Source: Podarcis liolepis
Lineage: Eukaryota
Length of the DNA: 64,000 bases
Assembly (NCBI GenBank): GCA_965112155.1
Contig: OZ218100.1
Strand: one strand, 5' to 3'
Below, one piece after another: positions 1 to 13,060 of the stretch. The notes beneath the pieces are model-generated. The model saw nothing but the letters and a program-made list of their open reading frames with translations. It was not told the DNA's origin and ran no database searches. Numbering within the stretch: position 1 is the stretch's first letter; the number at the start of each line of letters is the position of its first letter. A program made the position numbers and the translations under genes.

Positions 1-802
1 GGAGATGTTCAGTTATTATTTCCTTGGCTTAGGGAGGCTCACTATGAAATTTGCCACTCAGTATTATAGACTATGCTACGAACTCAGACTGATATCAGCT
101 ATAGATTGGGGTTAATGTTCCATAATGGCAGCACATCAATTGGAAAATTACTTCAGGTTAACTCTTGCCTTGTAGAGATGAGATGAATTCAGTTTCCAAA
201 AAGGGGAAATGTCTTTCCCAAGGGATTTGGGTTGAGGGGTGGAAAGGAGAAGGTTGGTCTATATACTTGATTTTAAGTTGAATTCTGCTGCTGTTGCCTT
301 CCTCCTCCATCTCTTTGCTTGTTTTAAAAATCCCATTTTCCCAGTCTTCATGGTAAAGTAATCTAACTAAAGGAGGAGTGAAGGCATTTGATTTATGGGA
401 ATACCTTCTATTACACTCTCCTTTTTGAGCTGTGTATTGTTGTTAGCAATCTTAGATATTTTTTGCTTTTGCTGTGACACATCACAACAGTGTCGACTCC
501 TTCTGAATGGTTTGTCTTGGCTTCCTGACCCACTGTATTTATATAACAACATTAGAAAATGAGAATGCTCCACTGCAGGAAAGGTTGTTTTAATCATAAT
601 AAAGTTGCTCACTTTCACAGTATAACTGAGGAAGAGCAATAGTCCTGTGAGTACACGTCACGGAAAGGATATTTTCTGTTTCCTGTGGAGTGACAAATTA
701 GAATGCATTAAAGCTAATTCTGTAGGCTATTACTGAGATTATTTTTGCATTAGGTATAGTGATGCCAAGTGAAATGCTCTTGGCTGCAAAGAAGCTCTAA
801 GG

Positions 803-938
803 CAGGCATGGCCAAACTTGGCCCTCCAGCTGTTTTGGGACTACAACTCCCATCATCCCTAGCTAGCAGGACCAGTGGTCAGGGATGATGGGAATAGGAG
901 TCCCAAAAGAGCTGGAGGGCCAAGTTTGGCCATGCCTG
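803..938. mobile_element. hAT-type MITE (palindromic)
   Basis: TIRs CAGGCATGGCCAAACTTGGCCCTCCAGC / GCTGGAGGGCCAAGTTTGGCCATGCCTG; perfect 8-bp TSD CTCTAAGG (795-802, 939-946). Confidence 0.9.
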
Positions 939-1299
939 CTCTAAGGGATTTCCCCAACTTTGTATCTCTTATCAAGCACTTAGTGTTTAAATATGTATCC
1001 TCTCCACAGGCCAATAGGCAATCCATTTAAACTGGGCTACTAGGATTTTCCCTTCAATCTTTAATATCCATCTTTTCTGTGTTATAAATTTGGGTAGTTG
1101 TGCACATTAGTTTGCCATCATCATTCATCTTCACAACATCTGTATAAGGGACATCGATCATGTTCCCAAATTATTGTGGATAGGAAACAAAAGCTGGGAG
1201 AGATTGACTTGCCCGAGGGCACCCAGTAAATCTACGACAATGTTGGAATATGAACCCGTACGAGGTTCACACTACATTTAATCAGGCCACATTGAATTA

Positions 1300-1531
1300 T
1301 AGTGGTACCTCAGTTTACGAACTTAATCCATTCCGGAAGTCTGTTCTTAAACCGAAACCATTCTTAAACCGAGGTGCACTTTCCCTAATGAGGCCTCCCG
1401 CCGCCGGTGCCCTTACACCATTCGGATTCCATTCGTAGACTGATGTAAAGTTCGCAAACCGGGACACTACTTCCGGTTTTGCGGAGTTTGTAAACCGTAA
1501 ACAGGGCTGTTCTTAAACCGAGGTACCACTG
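1300..1531. mobile_element. Tc1/mariner (Tigger-like) MITE
   Basis: TIRs (T)AGTGGTACCTC / GAGGTACCACTG; flanked by TA on both sides. Confidence 0.85.
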
Positions 1532-2689
1532 TATACCTAAATATGTAAAATATTATTGGAAAATAGATTGTCCTGAATAGGCACCAATTTTTTTATAAAA
1601 TTATATCTGAGCCAGAAGAGAGCCATATTGGCTTTGAAAATAATTTGTTGGAGCCTGAGTTGTGCAGAAAGGAACAAACTGGATGATCCCACAGGCAGTA
1701 GAAAGAAGGTAATTTTTGCTGATACTCCCCCCAGCCTCCTATGCCCCCCAATATCTGCTCTGGGGGGTTAGAGGAGTGTTCCCCCCACCAAGGGAATGAG
1801 TGAATGAGTTCTTCTTTTAATGCAGGTATAACTAGATCCAACTATCTTACCTTCAGGTCACCAGACATAAATATTGCTGTTTTACCTTAACTTGAAAATT
1901 CCTTGTAAGCCCTTGGAGTAATTTGTAACAGGTTGTCACCCAAAGCATTGTTTTATTTCTGTGCTTGTTTAAAAGCATCCTATCAGCTGATGGCAACTCA
2001 GATGTTTAAATCCAATTCATGATTCAGACACATTTGTGACCTACAAAGAATAAAGCTGAAATCCTATTCATGGGTAACGGTATTATATTAAGTAGGGCTG
2101 CTCTGGAGTAGTAGTTAGCAACAATATTATACCTATACAGCACAATTCATGATTTATATATACTTAGATGTGTGGAGGCCTGGGAAAAGATGGGGGCATT
2201 AACACACACAATTTGCTGGGTTTTTCAGGGCCTTGGCATCTCTAGATAAGCCAGCTTAAATCATTTTTGGATCACACAGTGATCATTGTACTTCATTCAT
2301 TGCTTCACTCCACATATCAATATTCTCCTTTTTCTAAATGTTTATATTGGATGGAATGTTATGGCTTCCCTGTTGATTAGCTCAAATTCAGGTTCACCAG
2401 TGACACATTTACTGTACCTTGCACTTGGGAAAACGTCAGTGCGTCACCTTTCCCATTCTGGAGAAATTTCCAGCACAGCATAATTAACACCTGTGGGAAC
2501 CCAATGGGTGCAGTAATCTGCATTAGGTAATACTTATGGGCTTCTCTCTTCCAACTTCAGCTGAGGTCAGAGCTTGGGGAATTCAATTCTAAGCTAACAG
2601 TGGTGGAATGAGGTTAGACAGTAGCAAATAAAAAGACTTTTCAGTCCAAGCAATATAAAGGTGGAATAACCAGAAAAGTTATTTTAGGG

Positions 2690-3033
2690 CAGAGGTCTGC
2701 AGCCTTTAAGACAAAACGAGCCACTTGGACCCATTTCCGAAGAAAAAAAAACTGAGAGCTGCAAAACCACTGCAACATTTAAAACAAATATAACACTGCA
2801 TATATTGTTTCTTACCTTAATGTCCGATCTGACAGCGGGCGGGAAGGTGATGTCGGGACGGTGCGTGACTAATGCACGCACCGCCCCCATGCGACGTCAC
2901 AGCCAGTACAGCACCCGCCACAGTGGGGAGTGTCGGGGCGCACAATGTGCCTCCTCCCCTCGCTAGTATCCGCCCTGGAGCCGCGGCAAAGGTGTAAAAG
3001 AGCCACATGGGAGCCGCGGGTTGCTGACCCCTG
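2690..3033. mobile_element. hAT MITE, same family as 36253-36583 (opposite orientation)
   Basis: Imperfect TIRs CAGAGGTCTGCA / TGCTGACCCCTG; 8-bp TSD TTTTAGGG; interior is a near reverse complement of the 36.3-kb copy. Confidence 0.9.
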
Positions 3034-3894
3034 TTTTAGGGCAAAGCAGACTGGGCTGGAAGGGGTGGTGCCACAGTTTGCTATCCACTTTCGTACTTTT
3101 TTTGCCTTTGATGGAAAGTTAACTTGATTATAATAGTTCTTTGTTTATTATTATTTTTTTATATCAACAAAGTTGTCACCTAGCAACATAAAGTGCCGCT
3201 AATTATAAAGCTTGTTATAAAGCACCAGAAAACACTCTGCAAGCCAGTTCATAAGACCTCAGGCCAAGTGCTGTGGACTGGCCTTGTGAATCAGCCTTTA
3301 ACCTGTACTGATTGACAAAAGTATATTTCTTTTCAAATGAGTCCCTATTTATCTTGTTCGCCAAGAACCCTTATCTGTTTTACTTTACAAAGTGTTGCAG
3401 TGGAGAAAATCTAAACACTAGTTCTTATTACCATTGCCAGGTTTTTTGAGATTCTTAAACTGAGAGACCAGAAAAAAGAGCTTTGGAGATAAGCAGGTGG
3501 TGCCCAGGCAGTGGAGGAGGAACCCTGTTGAGGTATGAGTGGAGCCTTATGCCTCCTTGGGGGAGGCAGGGAGCAGAGCCTGGAAGCAGGAGAAGGACAT
3601 AGATGCAGATGACTATCATCTGCAGCAGAACGTCCCTATTTCAATTCCCAATATCTCTAAGTAGGACTTGTGAAGACCACTGTCGGGAATCTGGGAGAGC
3701 CATGGTCAGTCTGTTTAAACATTGCTGAGCCAGATGGACCAATGGTCTGGTTCTGAATAAGACACCTTGCTGGGACAGGAGTAGAAACTGATAGAGTTTG
3801 CTTATCTTAAGATCCAAGCCAATGCTTTTCAATGGAATCCATTCCCCATCCAGCTGCCAGTCACGAATGCAATTTGAATTCTCTCCCTCATAAA

Positions 3895-4070
3895 AGAGGG
3901 AAGGTTTGCTCAGTGGTGGAGCATGCAAATTTTCATGCAGAAGATCCTAGTTCAATCCTTGGCATCTCCAGCAAGTAACTGACTGAGACTCTAAGGAGCT
4001 TCTCTGCCAGCCAGAGTAGATAATCCTGGGTGAAATTGTCAACCCCCTGACAATTGGCAGAGGAACGTGT
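3895..4070 (+). mobile_element. Degraded tRNA-derived SINE
   Basis: tRNA-like head GCTCAGTGGTGGAGCATGC...GTTCAATCCTTGGCATCTCCAG; similar degraded copies near 10200-10316 (-), 13560-13715 and 49735-49870; boundaries approximate. Confidence 0.5.
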
Positions 4071-4125
4071 GAACTAACCCCACTGAACAGCAGTATGAAA
4101 TTATACAAAGCAGCTGTCTGCGGTA

Positions 4126-4987
4126 CAGTGGTGCCTCGCAAGACGAAATTAATTCGTTGCACGAGTTTTTTCGTCTAGCGAATTTTTCGTCTTGTGAAGC
4201 ACGAAATCCCATAGGAATGCATTGAAATTCAATTAATGTGTTCCTATGGTCAAAAAAGGCCAAACAAAGCCAAATTTGGTACAACAAGAGTTTATTAAGT
4301 GCTCTTTAAAGTCACACATACTGTAAAGAGCATTTCAAAAATTGAAGGAACAATAAATTAAGTTTCTAAACATGACAGAAAAACATTTAAAAATCAACAA
4401 AGTGTACAGTACATTTTCTAAGACTCTGGGGGACAACTCGAAGAAGGTTCCTCTTCCACTCTTTGCTTCTTGCTGAAGAACCCCCTCCTCAACTGTTCCC
4501 CCAGCCACCCACCACACAGAAATTCAAATCCAGAATTTTTTTAAAAAAACAGCAGAGTGGCCCAATGGTCACAGAAAATCATAAAAATGCAGAAAAAAAC
4601 ACACAAGCTTCCAGATTCTTGCAAACCCCTCCCCAACACCAAGTCCTTGAATTCCAAACACCCCAACCTAAAATCCAACCCCCCCCCAAAAAAAAGTTTT
4701 AAAAGTTTAAAAGAAGTTTTGGAAAAGCTTCAAAAATCACCAAAGTCTTCAAAAACCTCAAAAAAAGCTACCACACCGCGTTCTATGAGTTGCTCCTTGA
4801 AGTCAAGTCGCAACTGTATTAACGGTGTTAAGAAAAAGGAAACAAACTTACAAGACGTTTTCGTTTTTCGTCTTGCAAAGCAAGCCCATAGGGAAATTCG
4901 TCTTGCGAAGCAGCTCAAAAACCGCAAAACCCTTTCGTCTAGCGAGTTTTCCGTCTTGCGAGGCATTCGTCTTGCGGGGCACCACTG
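4126..4987. mobile_element. Non-autonomous Tc1/mariner (Tigger/pogo-like) element
   Basis: TIRs CAGTGGTGCCTCGCAAGACGAA / TTCGTCTTGCGGGGCACCACTG; TA TSD; subterminal TTCGTCTTG repeats; no transposase ORF. Confidence 0.9.
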
Positions 4988-5324
4988 TATTTTATCTGCG
5001 GTTCCCCTTGATTTTGCACAAGTGCAAAATCAAGTGAAGAGAAAACCAGTTTCTCTTCATGCTGGGGCAGTTGAAAAATAAATAAATACCCCATACACCT
5101 CATTCACAGGGATCAAATTGTGAGAGAGCATTTTGCCAGTTTTCAGCAATATTGGGGGATTGGTTTGGGGCAGGAAAAGAGAAGGCCCTGCATCTCTTTC
5201 TTTGCCTTATGATGTGTGGTATGACAAGCGACAGCTTCCCTTCCTGTTTCCCCACTTTGTCTTTGGGAAAGAGAGACGTGTACTACTTAGCTGGCCCACT
5301 AATAGGTGCATCTGTAGTAGTTGT

Positions 5325-5362
5325 GTTTGTTTGTTTGTTTGTTTGTTTGTTGGTTGGTTGGT

Positions 5363-5396
<34 letters not shown>
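5325..5396. repeat. Compound tetranucleotide microsatellite (GTTT)n(GTTG)n(GCTG)n
   Basis: Directly visible. Confidence 0.95.
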
Positions 5397-5398
<2 letters not shown>

Positions 5399-5490
5399 AG
5401 CTGCCATATCCTTCACTAAAGAAACTTCTTGGGGACAAGGAAATGGTGGTGGTTGAGTTAGCCACACCTACTCGGGCAAGTAGAACATTA

Positions 5491-5884
5491 TGTGACTTTT
5501 GGTTATTAGCCGTGACCCCCGCTAATTGATTTACGAACCTCGATTAGCGATTTATGGCTGACCGGTCCGGCGCGCTTCCCTCAGCTGCGCCACTCAGTCA
5601 CGGCTCAGCAGAGTTTCACACAGCGGTGTAGAACTGTCACCAGCTTGATTCAGCTTCCAGACAAACACACAGAGTCCAGCTTGTCTATTTACAGCATTTT
5701 ATTCCGACATTCCCCCAGGGATTTCCTGGGCTCCTCTCCGCCATTACAGGCTACGTCTCTTCCCCACGGAACACAGAGTGGGACTGGCAATCTTTTGCCC
5801 AAACTCCTCCCAGCTTCGAAAGCTGACGTCAGAATGCTGAGGCATCATGGGAACAACTTAACCAGTTAAGTTCCAACTCCCACA
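5491..5884 (-). repeat. 3' LTR of the copia element
   Basis: Direct repeat of 8124-8517, with one mismatch seen; minus-strand AATAAA at 5698-5703. Confidence 0.95.
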
Positions 5885-5922
5885 CCCCCTCTTGCATCTC
5901 ATTCTGACAAGACCCTCTGAGT

Positions 5923-6992
5923 TCAACACCTTCCCCTTTGCCTTGTGCCCCTCCCCGGCATCTTTCCCAGGCACCTGTTGAACCCCTTCAACACTCCCAG
6001 AATCACACTGTGCGACACTTTTCCACGCACCTGTGACCTGATACCAGCAGTTGTGTCTTCTCCGTCAGACTCTTCCCCCTCTGACTTGACAACCCTTCCG
6101 TGAGCTTTCTCCATTACCGGAGATGAAGCCTCACACCTGGACACTCCTTTCACAACTCTTGGAGATGCCCAAACCTGCTCTGAACCCTGATTCTGGACCT
6201 GGTCCCCATCACCGGGATCTGAACCCTGATTCTGGACCTGGTCCCCATCACTGGGTTCAGCCACAGCCTCCCTTCTCCCTTGAGAAGACTTTGCACCCGT
6301 CACCTGGTGACGTATTTCCTTTTCCTTGAAAAGTTCCTCCAGAGCAGACCCAGTAAACTGTGACCCTCGGTCGCTCTTGAACCCTTGCACCCTGGTGGAG
6401 AACCTTAGTTCCACCTCCGCAACCCAACCCTGGATCAGTTGCGCCACCTCCCCCTGTGATTTGAGAGAGAAACACCAGCCAACCTGGCTGTGGTTACCTG
6501 TCAGCGACAGCACATACCTGGCCCCACCCAGACTCTCAGACCTCTTGGGTCCTGACAGATCTGTGTGAACCAGCTCAAAGGGCTCTTTGGTTACCCTCCC
6601 AAACCCGGGAAAACCAAGCACCTTTGCACCTTTGCATGCCCTGCACCCTTGGGACCTCCTCCCACATTGTGTGATTTTACACCCTTTTGTGCACCTGTGC
6701 AACTTTTGCACATCTTTGGGAACCATAGCACACTGCACCTGTGCTTTTCCAGCATTCCCACCACCCTCCATAGGTGACTCCAGAACAAAGAAATTGTTCT
6801 TGCTCTTCGCCATGTTGACCCGTTGTCGCCCCCCTCTGAAAATGGAACAGGTGTCATTTTCAAAGCACATCTTTTGAACCCCTGCTTCGTTAGAGCAGAT
6901 ACAGATAACTGACAACTATTCAGTCCCGGCACAACGCAGATCTCTAGCTCCTCCTGTGAAGGAGAGAAAAAACATGTTAGCCAATAAAACAA
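5923..6992 (-). pseudogene. Degenerate copia pol fragment (post-protease region and rve integrase)
   Basis: ELVHTDLSGP...SLGGARYVL...W...VE...FKSDRGSQFT...IRHQVT matches the copia integrase core; VVPGLNSCQLSVSALTKQG resembles the copia VPxLxxNLLSV motif; frameshifted; 39-bp tandem duplication at 6179-6256. Confidence 0.85.
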
Positions 6993-8123
6993 TTGTTCCT
7001 GTTGAAAACAGCCCTGCAGTTCCGCAGCTTGCCTATCAGGTGCTGCCTGATAGCAGAAACCAAAACACCCAGCGTGTCATCGTGTCCTGACTGGAGTTGT
7101 TTTTCACAGTTGCCATAGAAGCAACAAACGTCCCGCTGCCTCAGTCCTTGGCAGCATCCGAAAACCGCAACATCCTGCGTTGCTCTGAAGACTGGACTTA
7201 TCTCAGAGTTCCCAGACAACTCTGCAGCACGTATCTCCCGCTGCAGCAGATGGCTGGCCTTGAAGCCTGGCAATGACGAACTCCAGTGGAAAAATACTGC
7301 TCCGGGGCTCCTCCCAGCTGGCCTCCTTCTCCTTCTTCCGGAAAAGCACTCCTTGCCAGCTCCGCCCCCTTTGAACCTCCACTTCATTCCAGCACGTACA
7401 GTGGAAAACTTTAAACGTGCCTTTGGAAACCTTCCGCCCCCCCGACCTGCTCAGCAGCACTCCTTGTGGCTAAAGCATCAGGGACAGGGGCTCCAGCCAT
7501 CTTTAGGCTTTTGTAGTCCTTCTCCAGGGCTCTGGCCTCCTGCTGAAGCTTCACAGCAAACACAGCAGTACATTTCCAAGTGCCAATAGTCCCTTTGCCC
7601 CCCCTCTGGGGCCCACAGCCTTTCCCAGCTGTGCACCGGCTCTCGCGTAGGTGATCAGCGCCATCTTGTCTTTCTGTTCTGAAGCAGCCATCTCCCGGCC
7701 CTTGCTTTCCGCCTCCAGCCTCACAAACACCCTGGAGCGCTGAACGGCCTCTGGCTTCCTGGCACCCAGAACAGTAGACTTCAGATCAGCAGCCAGGTTG
7801 CCCAACTTCTTAAAGTGAGCCTCCCACAGTCCTCCAAGACCTGGCAGCCTGCCATCCTCTTCCGTTCTCCCAAGGGGCCCCAAGCTGTACTCACAAGAAC
7901 ACCAGCTCATCCAGCACCCGTCCGGAGAAACGATTCCCTGCTGCTCTCAGCTCCTTGGCTCCACAGCAGTCCTCTGCGTTTTTCAGCCAGCCGCTTTTTT
8001 TAGCTCTGCAGCTCTCCTTGCCTCTTAACACCAGGCAAAAACCAACCACCATCTCCTGCCGAACTTCAAACGCATTCCGGCAGCCTCTTGTGACAGTTTT
8101 ACAAGCGATGATGATCCATAACC

Positions 8124-8517
8124 TGTGACTTTTGGTTATTAGCCGTGACCCCCGCTAATTGATTTACGAACCTCGATTAGCGATTTATGGCTGACCGGTC
8201 CGGCGCGCTTCCCTCAGCTGCGCCACTCAGTCACGGCTCAGCAGAGTTTCACACAGCGGTGTAGAACTGTCACCAGCTTGATTCAGCTTCCAGAAAAACA
8301 CACAGAGTCCAGCTTGTCTATTTACAGCATTTTATTCCGACATTCCCCCAGGGATTTCCTGGGCTCCTCTCCGCCATTACAGGCTACGTCTCTTCCCCAC
8401 GGAACACAGAGTGGGACTGGCAATCTTTTGCCCAAACTCCTCCCAGCTTCGAAAGCTGACGTCAGAATGCTGAGGCATCATGGGAACAACTTAACCAGTT
8501 AAGTTCCAACTCCCACA
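8124..8517 (-). repeat. 5' LTR of the copia element
   Basis: Direct repeat of 5491-5884. Confidence 0.95.
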
Positions 8518-8797
8518 CATTACTCCTCCCCCTTGGCCTATGAAGGAGGGAAGCCAGCACTTGCTACACTCTGCCCCTAGGGGGTAAAGAAAGAGACGTT
8601 CAGCCTTCTTGCCACCCCAAAAACAATTTCCTGGTTTTCTAGCCATTACCCAAGGCATTTTAGGGAGCCAGAGTCAATGAAGCAATCCAGCTCAGTTAAC
8701 CAAGTAACAGGGTGAGTTCTTCCATATGTTAACAGGTTTTGACCCTTTGTTCTTGCTGTAGTTCCATCCACTGGGACAGGCCATGCTTTTTCTAAAC

Positions 8798-9181
8798 GAG
8801 GTGGGGAACCTATTTCAGCCGGAAGGCTGCACCCCCTTGTGGGCAATTTTCCAGGAGCTGCCTGCCTGTTGATGAGAGGGGTCAGAGACAAAAATGAGTG
8901 AAGAAGCAATAGTTGTGATTCATACCTCTTTACAGTAGGCTACACTGCAGCCGTGCAAAAGCCAGAGGTTTCTATACCCTTCCACCACACACACACACAC
9001 ACACACACACACTGCTCTCTCTAGTTGGGCAAGCAAGAGGCCTTGTCACATTCCATTCAGGCAAAAGCACTCTGGGGGGTGCAGAGCAGGACTGGTGAGG
9101 GTGCTGAGGGGAGGGTGCTGAGGGCAGACAGAGAGTCCTGCAGTGGCCAGGGCCCCCAAGCCCTGAGGTTCTCCACCCCTG
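8798..9181. mobile_element. Old hAT-like MITE containing a (CA)n tract
   Basis: Degraded TIRs GAGGTGGGGAACCT / AGGTTCTCCACCCCTG; imperfect 8-bp TSD TTCTAAAC / TACTAAGC. Confidence 0.5.
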
Positions 9182-10568
9182 TACTAAGCATATCTAGCTG
9201 GGAGGGGGCAGAATGAGAAAGTAGACAGGGATTCCGTACGCTGATGAAATGAGAAATGTTGCACATGCTGAAATCCCTTCTTCCACACAACTTGATAATG
9301 TTGCAGGTGCCCTGTGTTCCCTTTCACCATACTTGCATCTTAAATCCACACTTTGTGGGCTTGTTGTTTCTTCTTAGCATTCCTCGTTCTTGTTAGGCAG
9401 CACACAGGATGGTAATCAAAACAGTCAGCTTTTGTTCTCTTTTGTTCTGATCCAAGAGAACTTCAAATAGAGGCCAGGCAACCAAATGATATCAGTGGAA
9501 TTTTGTAAATCGGGTACCAAGGATTTATTTATACCTCCTTAACGAGGTAGGAGTTGCAAGGGATTAAGCATCAAAGATTCCCCAAATAACTGGAGACTAC
9601 GTGACTGATCTGCTGCCCTGGACTAAGCCACACGTGTGCATGAGCCCTAGAAGAATTAGCAGTTGTGTTCACATACTCCGTTGCTCAGGTTGCATTACGA
9701 GATTCAAAGGCTGGCTGAGTGTCAGCAAATATCCGTATACTGACCATCGAGACAGATTTACTAGGCGAGATGCCTGCTAGCCAGCCAAACACTCTGATGC
9801 CTGTGATCCTAATGTTGACTTTACAACAAATGGGGGGAAAAGTAAATGTGTTGATCTATCCAATTGCTTGTGCATAAAATACTTGGCAGTGTCAAGATTA
9901 AGGATAAGCTAGTTTTGATTGCTGTAAAACACACAATATTTTTGTCATTCTCCAAGCTCCCCTGAACTTCCATGATAGGTGTGGGAGCAGTGCTTTCTCT
10001 ACAGACATTGGAACTGTGTGAAAAAGCATGATTACATTATTTTACATAACACCCAAAGCTACTCTGTGTATGCACTCCAGAAAGATAACATAGAAAAAGA
10101 GTGACATTGAGGATATCTCACCTGTCTAGTGCTCTGCATGTGTTTTTGCCATCAACAGGGATAGTATAGCATAACTGCTTTGCATGGTTCTTTATCCCCA
10201 GCATCTCCAGAACTGGGAAAGACTGAAAGGAACCCTGGAGATGCCAATCAGCACAGACAACACTGAGCTAGATACACCTGTGGTCTGAGTTGGCATAAGG
10301 TCGTTTTCTATGTTCCTACAACCCAACATTTTGGGTTTCCTTTAAGGTGGAATTGTAATGGAGTGGACTGGGGGTGGACTTGGATAGAATGCCATTCTCT
10401 GTAGTGACACACCTTTCAGGTAAAGGGATATGTAGCATAACAAATGCAGGTCTCCACAGGACAATGCTAAACTGTCTAAAAAGCCAATGTTTCCAGTTAT
10501 CTGCCTCTTTTGACAGGTTGTGGACATTCACTGATGCTGTTTTGTCTTGCTTTTTTTTTCCCTTCCAG

Positions 10569-13020
10569 GCCCTTCATCTGACACGAGAGCTAGAGGGGGG
10601 GAAAAACTTTGCCAAATCAACTGTCAGCAAGGACAGGGATACCGTTTACAGCTTATAACCTTTGTGAACCCTGCATTATTTTCCTAACAAAACAGAGACT
10701 GTTAAAGAGCCCCGGAACCAGAGTGATGAACCGCCGTGTCTGGAATTGAACTCATTCTGAAGTATGCAAAATCTTCCTTTTATGGGATGTCCCACCACCA
10801 ACTTGAGGATATGTTGGTTCAGCCACCACCCTGTTTCAGAACACACTGTGTAGCCTTTACAATAGTTTATTTGTCAATCAGTATATGGGGTTCCAATATG
10901 TTTATGGGTTGCAGGATGCTTTCGGTTGGCTTTTATTTTTCAGGGTTTCCCCTACCCCTCTTAAGGTGTGAGTATTCTCCCTCCCCACCCGTGAAATGCT
11001 TTAAATTGTTCCTTTTCACATGCCGATTCCTCATGAATATGAAATGCAGACTAATATATGCACACTGAAAAGCCAAATGGATTTTGGCTTGAAAATACCA
11101 ACAGCACTTGAATATTTCAGTCTTTATAGCACCTACCAACTATTTGAATTTGAAAGGTGGTTTATGAGGGGTTTTAATGTTTGCTTGTTATATGGTTTGG
11201 GCTTTTATTTTATTTTTTAGTTGGTTGATTCTGATTCAGAACCCTTCTCCCCCCCACCCCCAAAAGTCTTTGCTTAAATTTAAGGGTACTCCTTTATTTC
11301 CTTTCAATACCAAGAGGGTGCACTTTACCTCACAAAATTAGCCACCACCAAGGCTGCATCCTTACCAGTGTTCGAAAGCTATGAGGCGGTGTGGGGGGAG
11401 GAGGGGTAAATTCATAGTGTTTTATGAGTCAATAACTGGCTTGCTATTAGTCAAATCGACTCGGGCCTAGTGCGTAATCCTAGCAGTTCTGCCAAAACAG
11501 CTGCAGTGATTGTGATTGTGATTTTGGCCTGCCCAGGCAATTTAGCAACTGGCTGATCTTGAAAATGAGTAAGTGGTCTGCCCTGGTTGCCATCTTGCCA
11601 GACAATTAGTCCTTAACAGCCTAGAAGGCAGCAGCTTAATTTCAGATTAAATTTATTAATAATAGTAATAACAACAACAACAAAGACCTAAAATAAAAAA
11701 GACTATATTGCATGAAAACGAGAGTTTTATGTATATGCATCATCCAGGACTTGGATGATTTATTACATTGGTAATTATTTTTACATCCTCTCCTTGATTA
11801 TTCTTTCCTTCTTCTGAAGTGTCATCGAGTCTAGGAAGAGAAGCAGAGGGAAAGGCAGGAAGGAGAGACAGGGTGGGGGAATACATACAGATAGCTTTTC
11901 ATAGGAGCGTAGACTGTAATTGGATAAATTCCACGGAAAAACAAAGTAGTTTTTATATATTTTGCTTATATGGGTTTCTTTTGTAAATTTATATGGTAAT
12001 AATGACTGAAAGGTATGGTGCTGTGCAGGTCCTCTCTGTTTGATTACTTTTTATTGATACCTTTTGGGGAAGATAAGGGCAAAGAGGGAAACCCAATGGT
12101 ACGATTCAATTTTTTTGGGTGGGGCGGGGCAGGAAGTGGTGTGGAGACACTTTGGGTAGGACAACATATACAGGATTTCTCCAAAGTGGTATATGAAGAA
12201 CTTTTCTTGGCATAAAAAAGACATAATGCATATAAATATATAAATATATTTTATTATGTACAGAAACGGATCATTATGCATGAATGTTAGGAGAACAGGC
12301 TAGCATTTTAACCCAAAGTTTCAGTGCATGAGTTTCCACTGGCACATGAACCATGTACTTTGTGGTGTGACTCCCTTCAGCCGCCACACTTGTAGGCACC
12401 CACAAGCACCCACACACTTATACACACGCACACAGACATCTGTGGGCCCCATATTGCTCCTTCTTTTCCAGCCCTTTGAAGTAATATTGGTGAAATTACA
12501 GCTCCTTATATGATGGAAGTTTTGTTTCGTACTGTAGCCTCTTCCTCATGACTGTGCTGCGCTATTCTCTAGATGAACATGTGAACTCCATCATGCAGTT
12601 CATAAACTGAATTATGAAAACTCTGTGCTGTCGTGGTTCTAAGTAGCTCATAGAATATAAACTTTCCAGATAGTTAAAAGATTTTTATCATTTTCCAAAA
12701 AATGCAAAATAAAAAAAAATACAGGCTATTTTTTTAAGAATTAAGGTGGTATATTTATCAATGGCAGGGTCCAGTTTATCATATTTCTTTAATCAGAAAT
12801 AACCAATGTGTGTGTTTGTTCTCCACATTGGAAAGGGCTTCCCCGAGAGAAAAACACTGTAAAATTGTCATCTGTTCCAGGGGCTTAAGGAAGGTGTCAT
12901 TTTCTTTAGAGAGACTCAGTTACAGGTACCTATTACCAAAGCTAGTTCAGAATTTTGCTCACATGCCTTCACTGCATAGGAGTATCTGGTACATCATTAA
13001 ATGTGAATTCAGCTGACAAT
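10569..13020 (+). other. Probable terminal exon and long 3'UTR of an unidentified gene
   Basis: Strong acceptor TTTTGTCTTGCTTTTTTTTTCCCTTCCAG|G; stops in all three frames within ~120 nt; ~2.5 kb of AU-rich sequence with no recognisable TE; AATAAA at 12708-12713; ATTAAA at 12996-13001 followed by a GU-rich tract at 13025-13060. Confidence 0.6.
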
Positions 13021-13060
13021 GACATTTTGGGGTGTTTTGTTGTTTTGTTTTGTGGTGTTC
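12996..13060 (+). terminator. Polyadenylation signal with downstream GU-rich element
   Basis: ATTAAA, then CA ~17 nt downstream, then TTTTGGGGTGTTTTGTTGTTTTGTTTTGTGGTGTT. Confidence 0.55.

Larger units (their letters stand above)
5491..8517 (-). mobile_element. Ty1/copia LTR retrotransposon, internally deleted (non-autonomous)
   Basis: Two 394-bp TG...CA LTRs (5491-5884, 8124-8517); 5-bp TSD CATTA; minus-strand PPT AGAGGGGG next to the 3' LTR; copia-type PBS GGTTATGG next to the 5' LTR; order gag-PR-IN; no RT found. Confidence 0.95.

Noticed and set aside
2392-2527. Open + strand segment bounded by AG and GT
   Set aside because: Weak acceptor and unrecognised peptide; cannot be supported as an exon
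4557-5081. 174-aa Lys-rich ORF
   Set aside because: Low-complexity interior of a non-autonomous element; no transposase motifs
5133-5467. ORFs with LAGW/QPAS repeats
   Set aside because: Translation of a microsatellite
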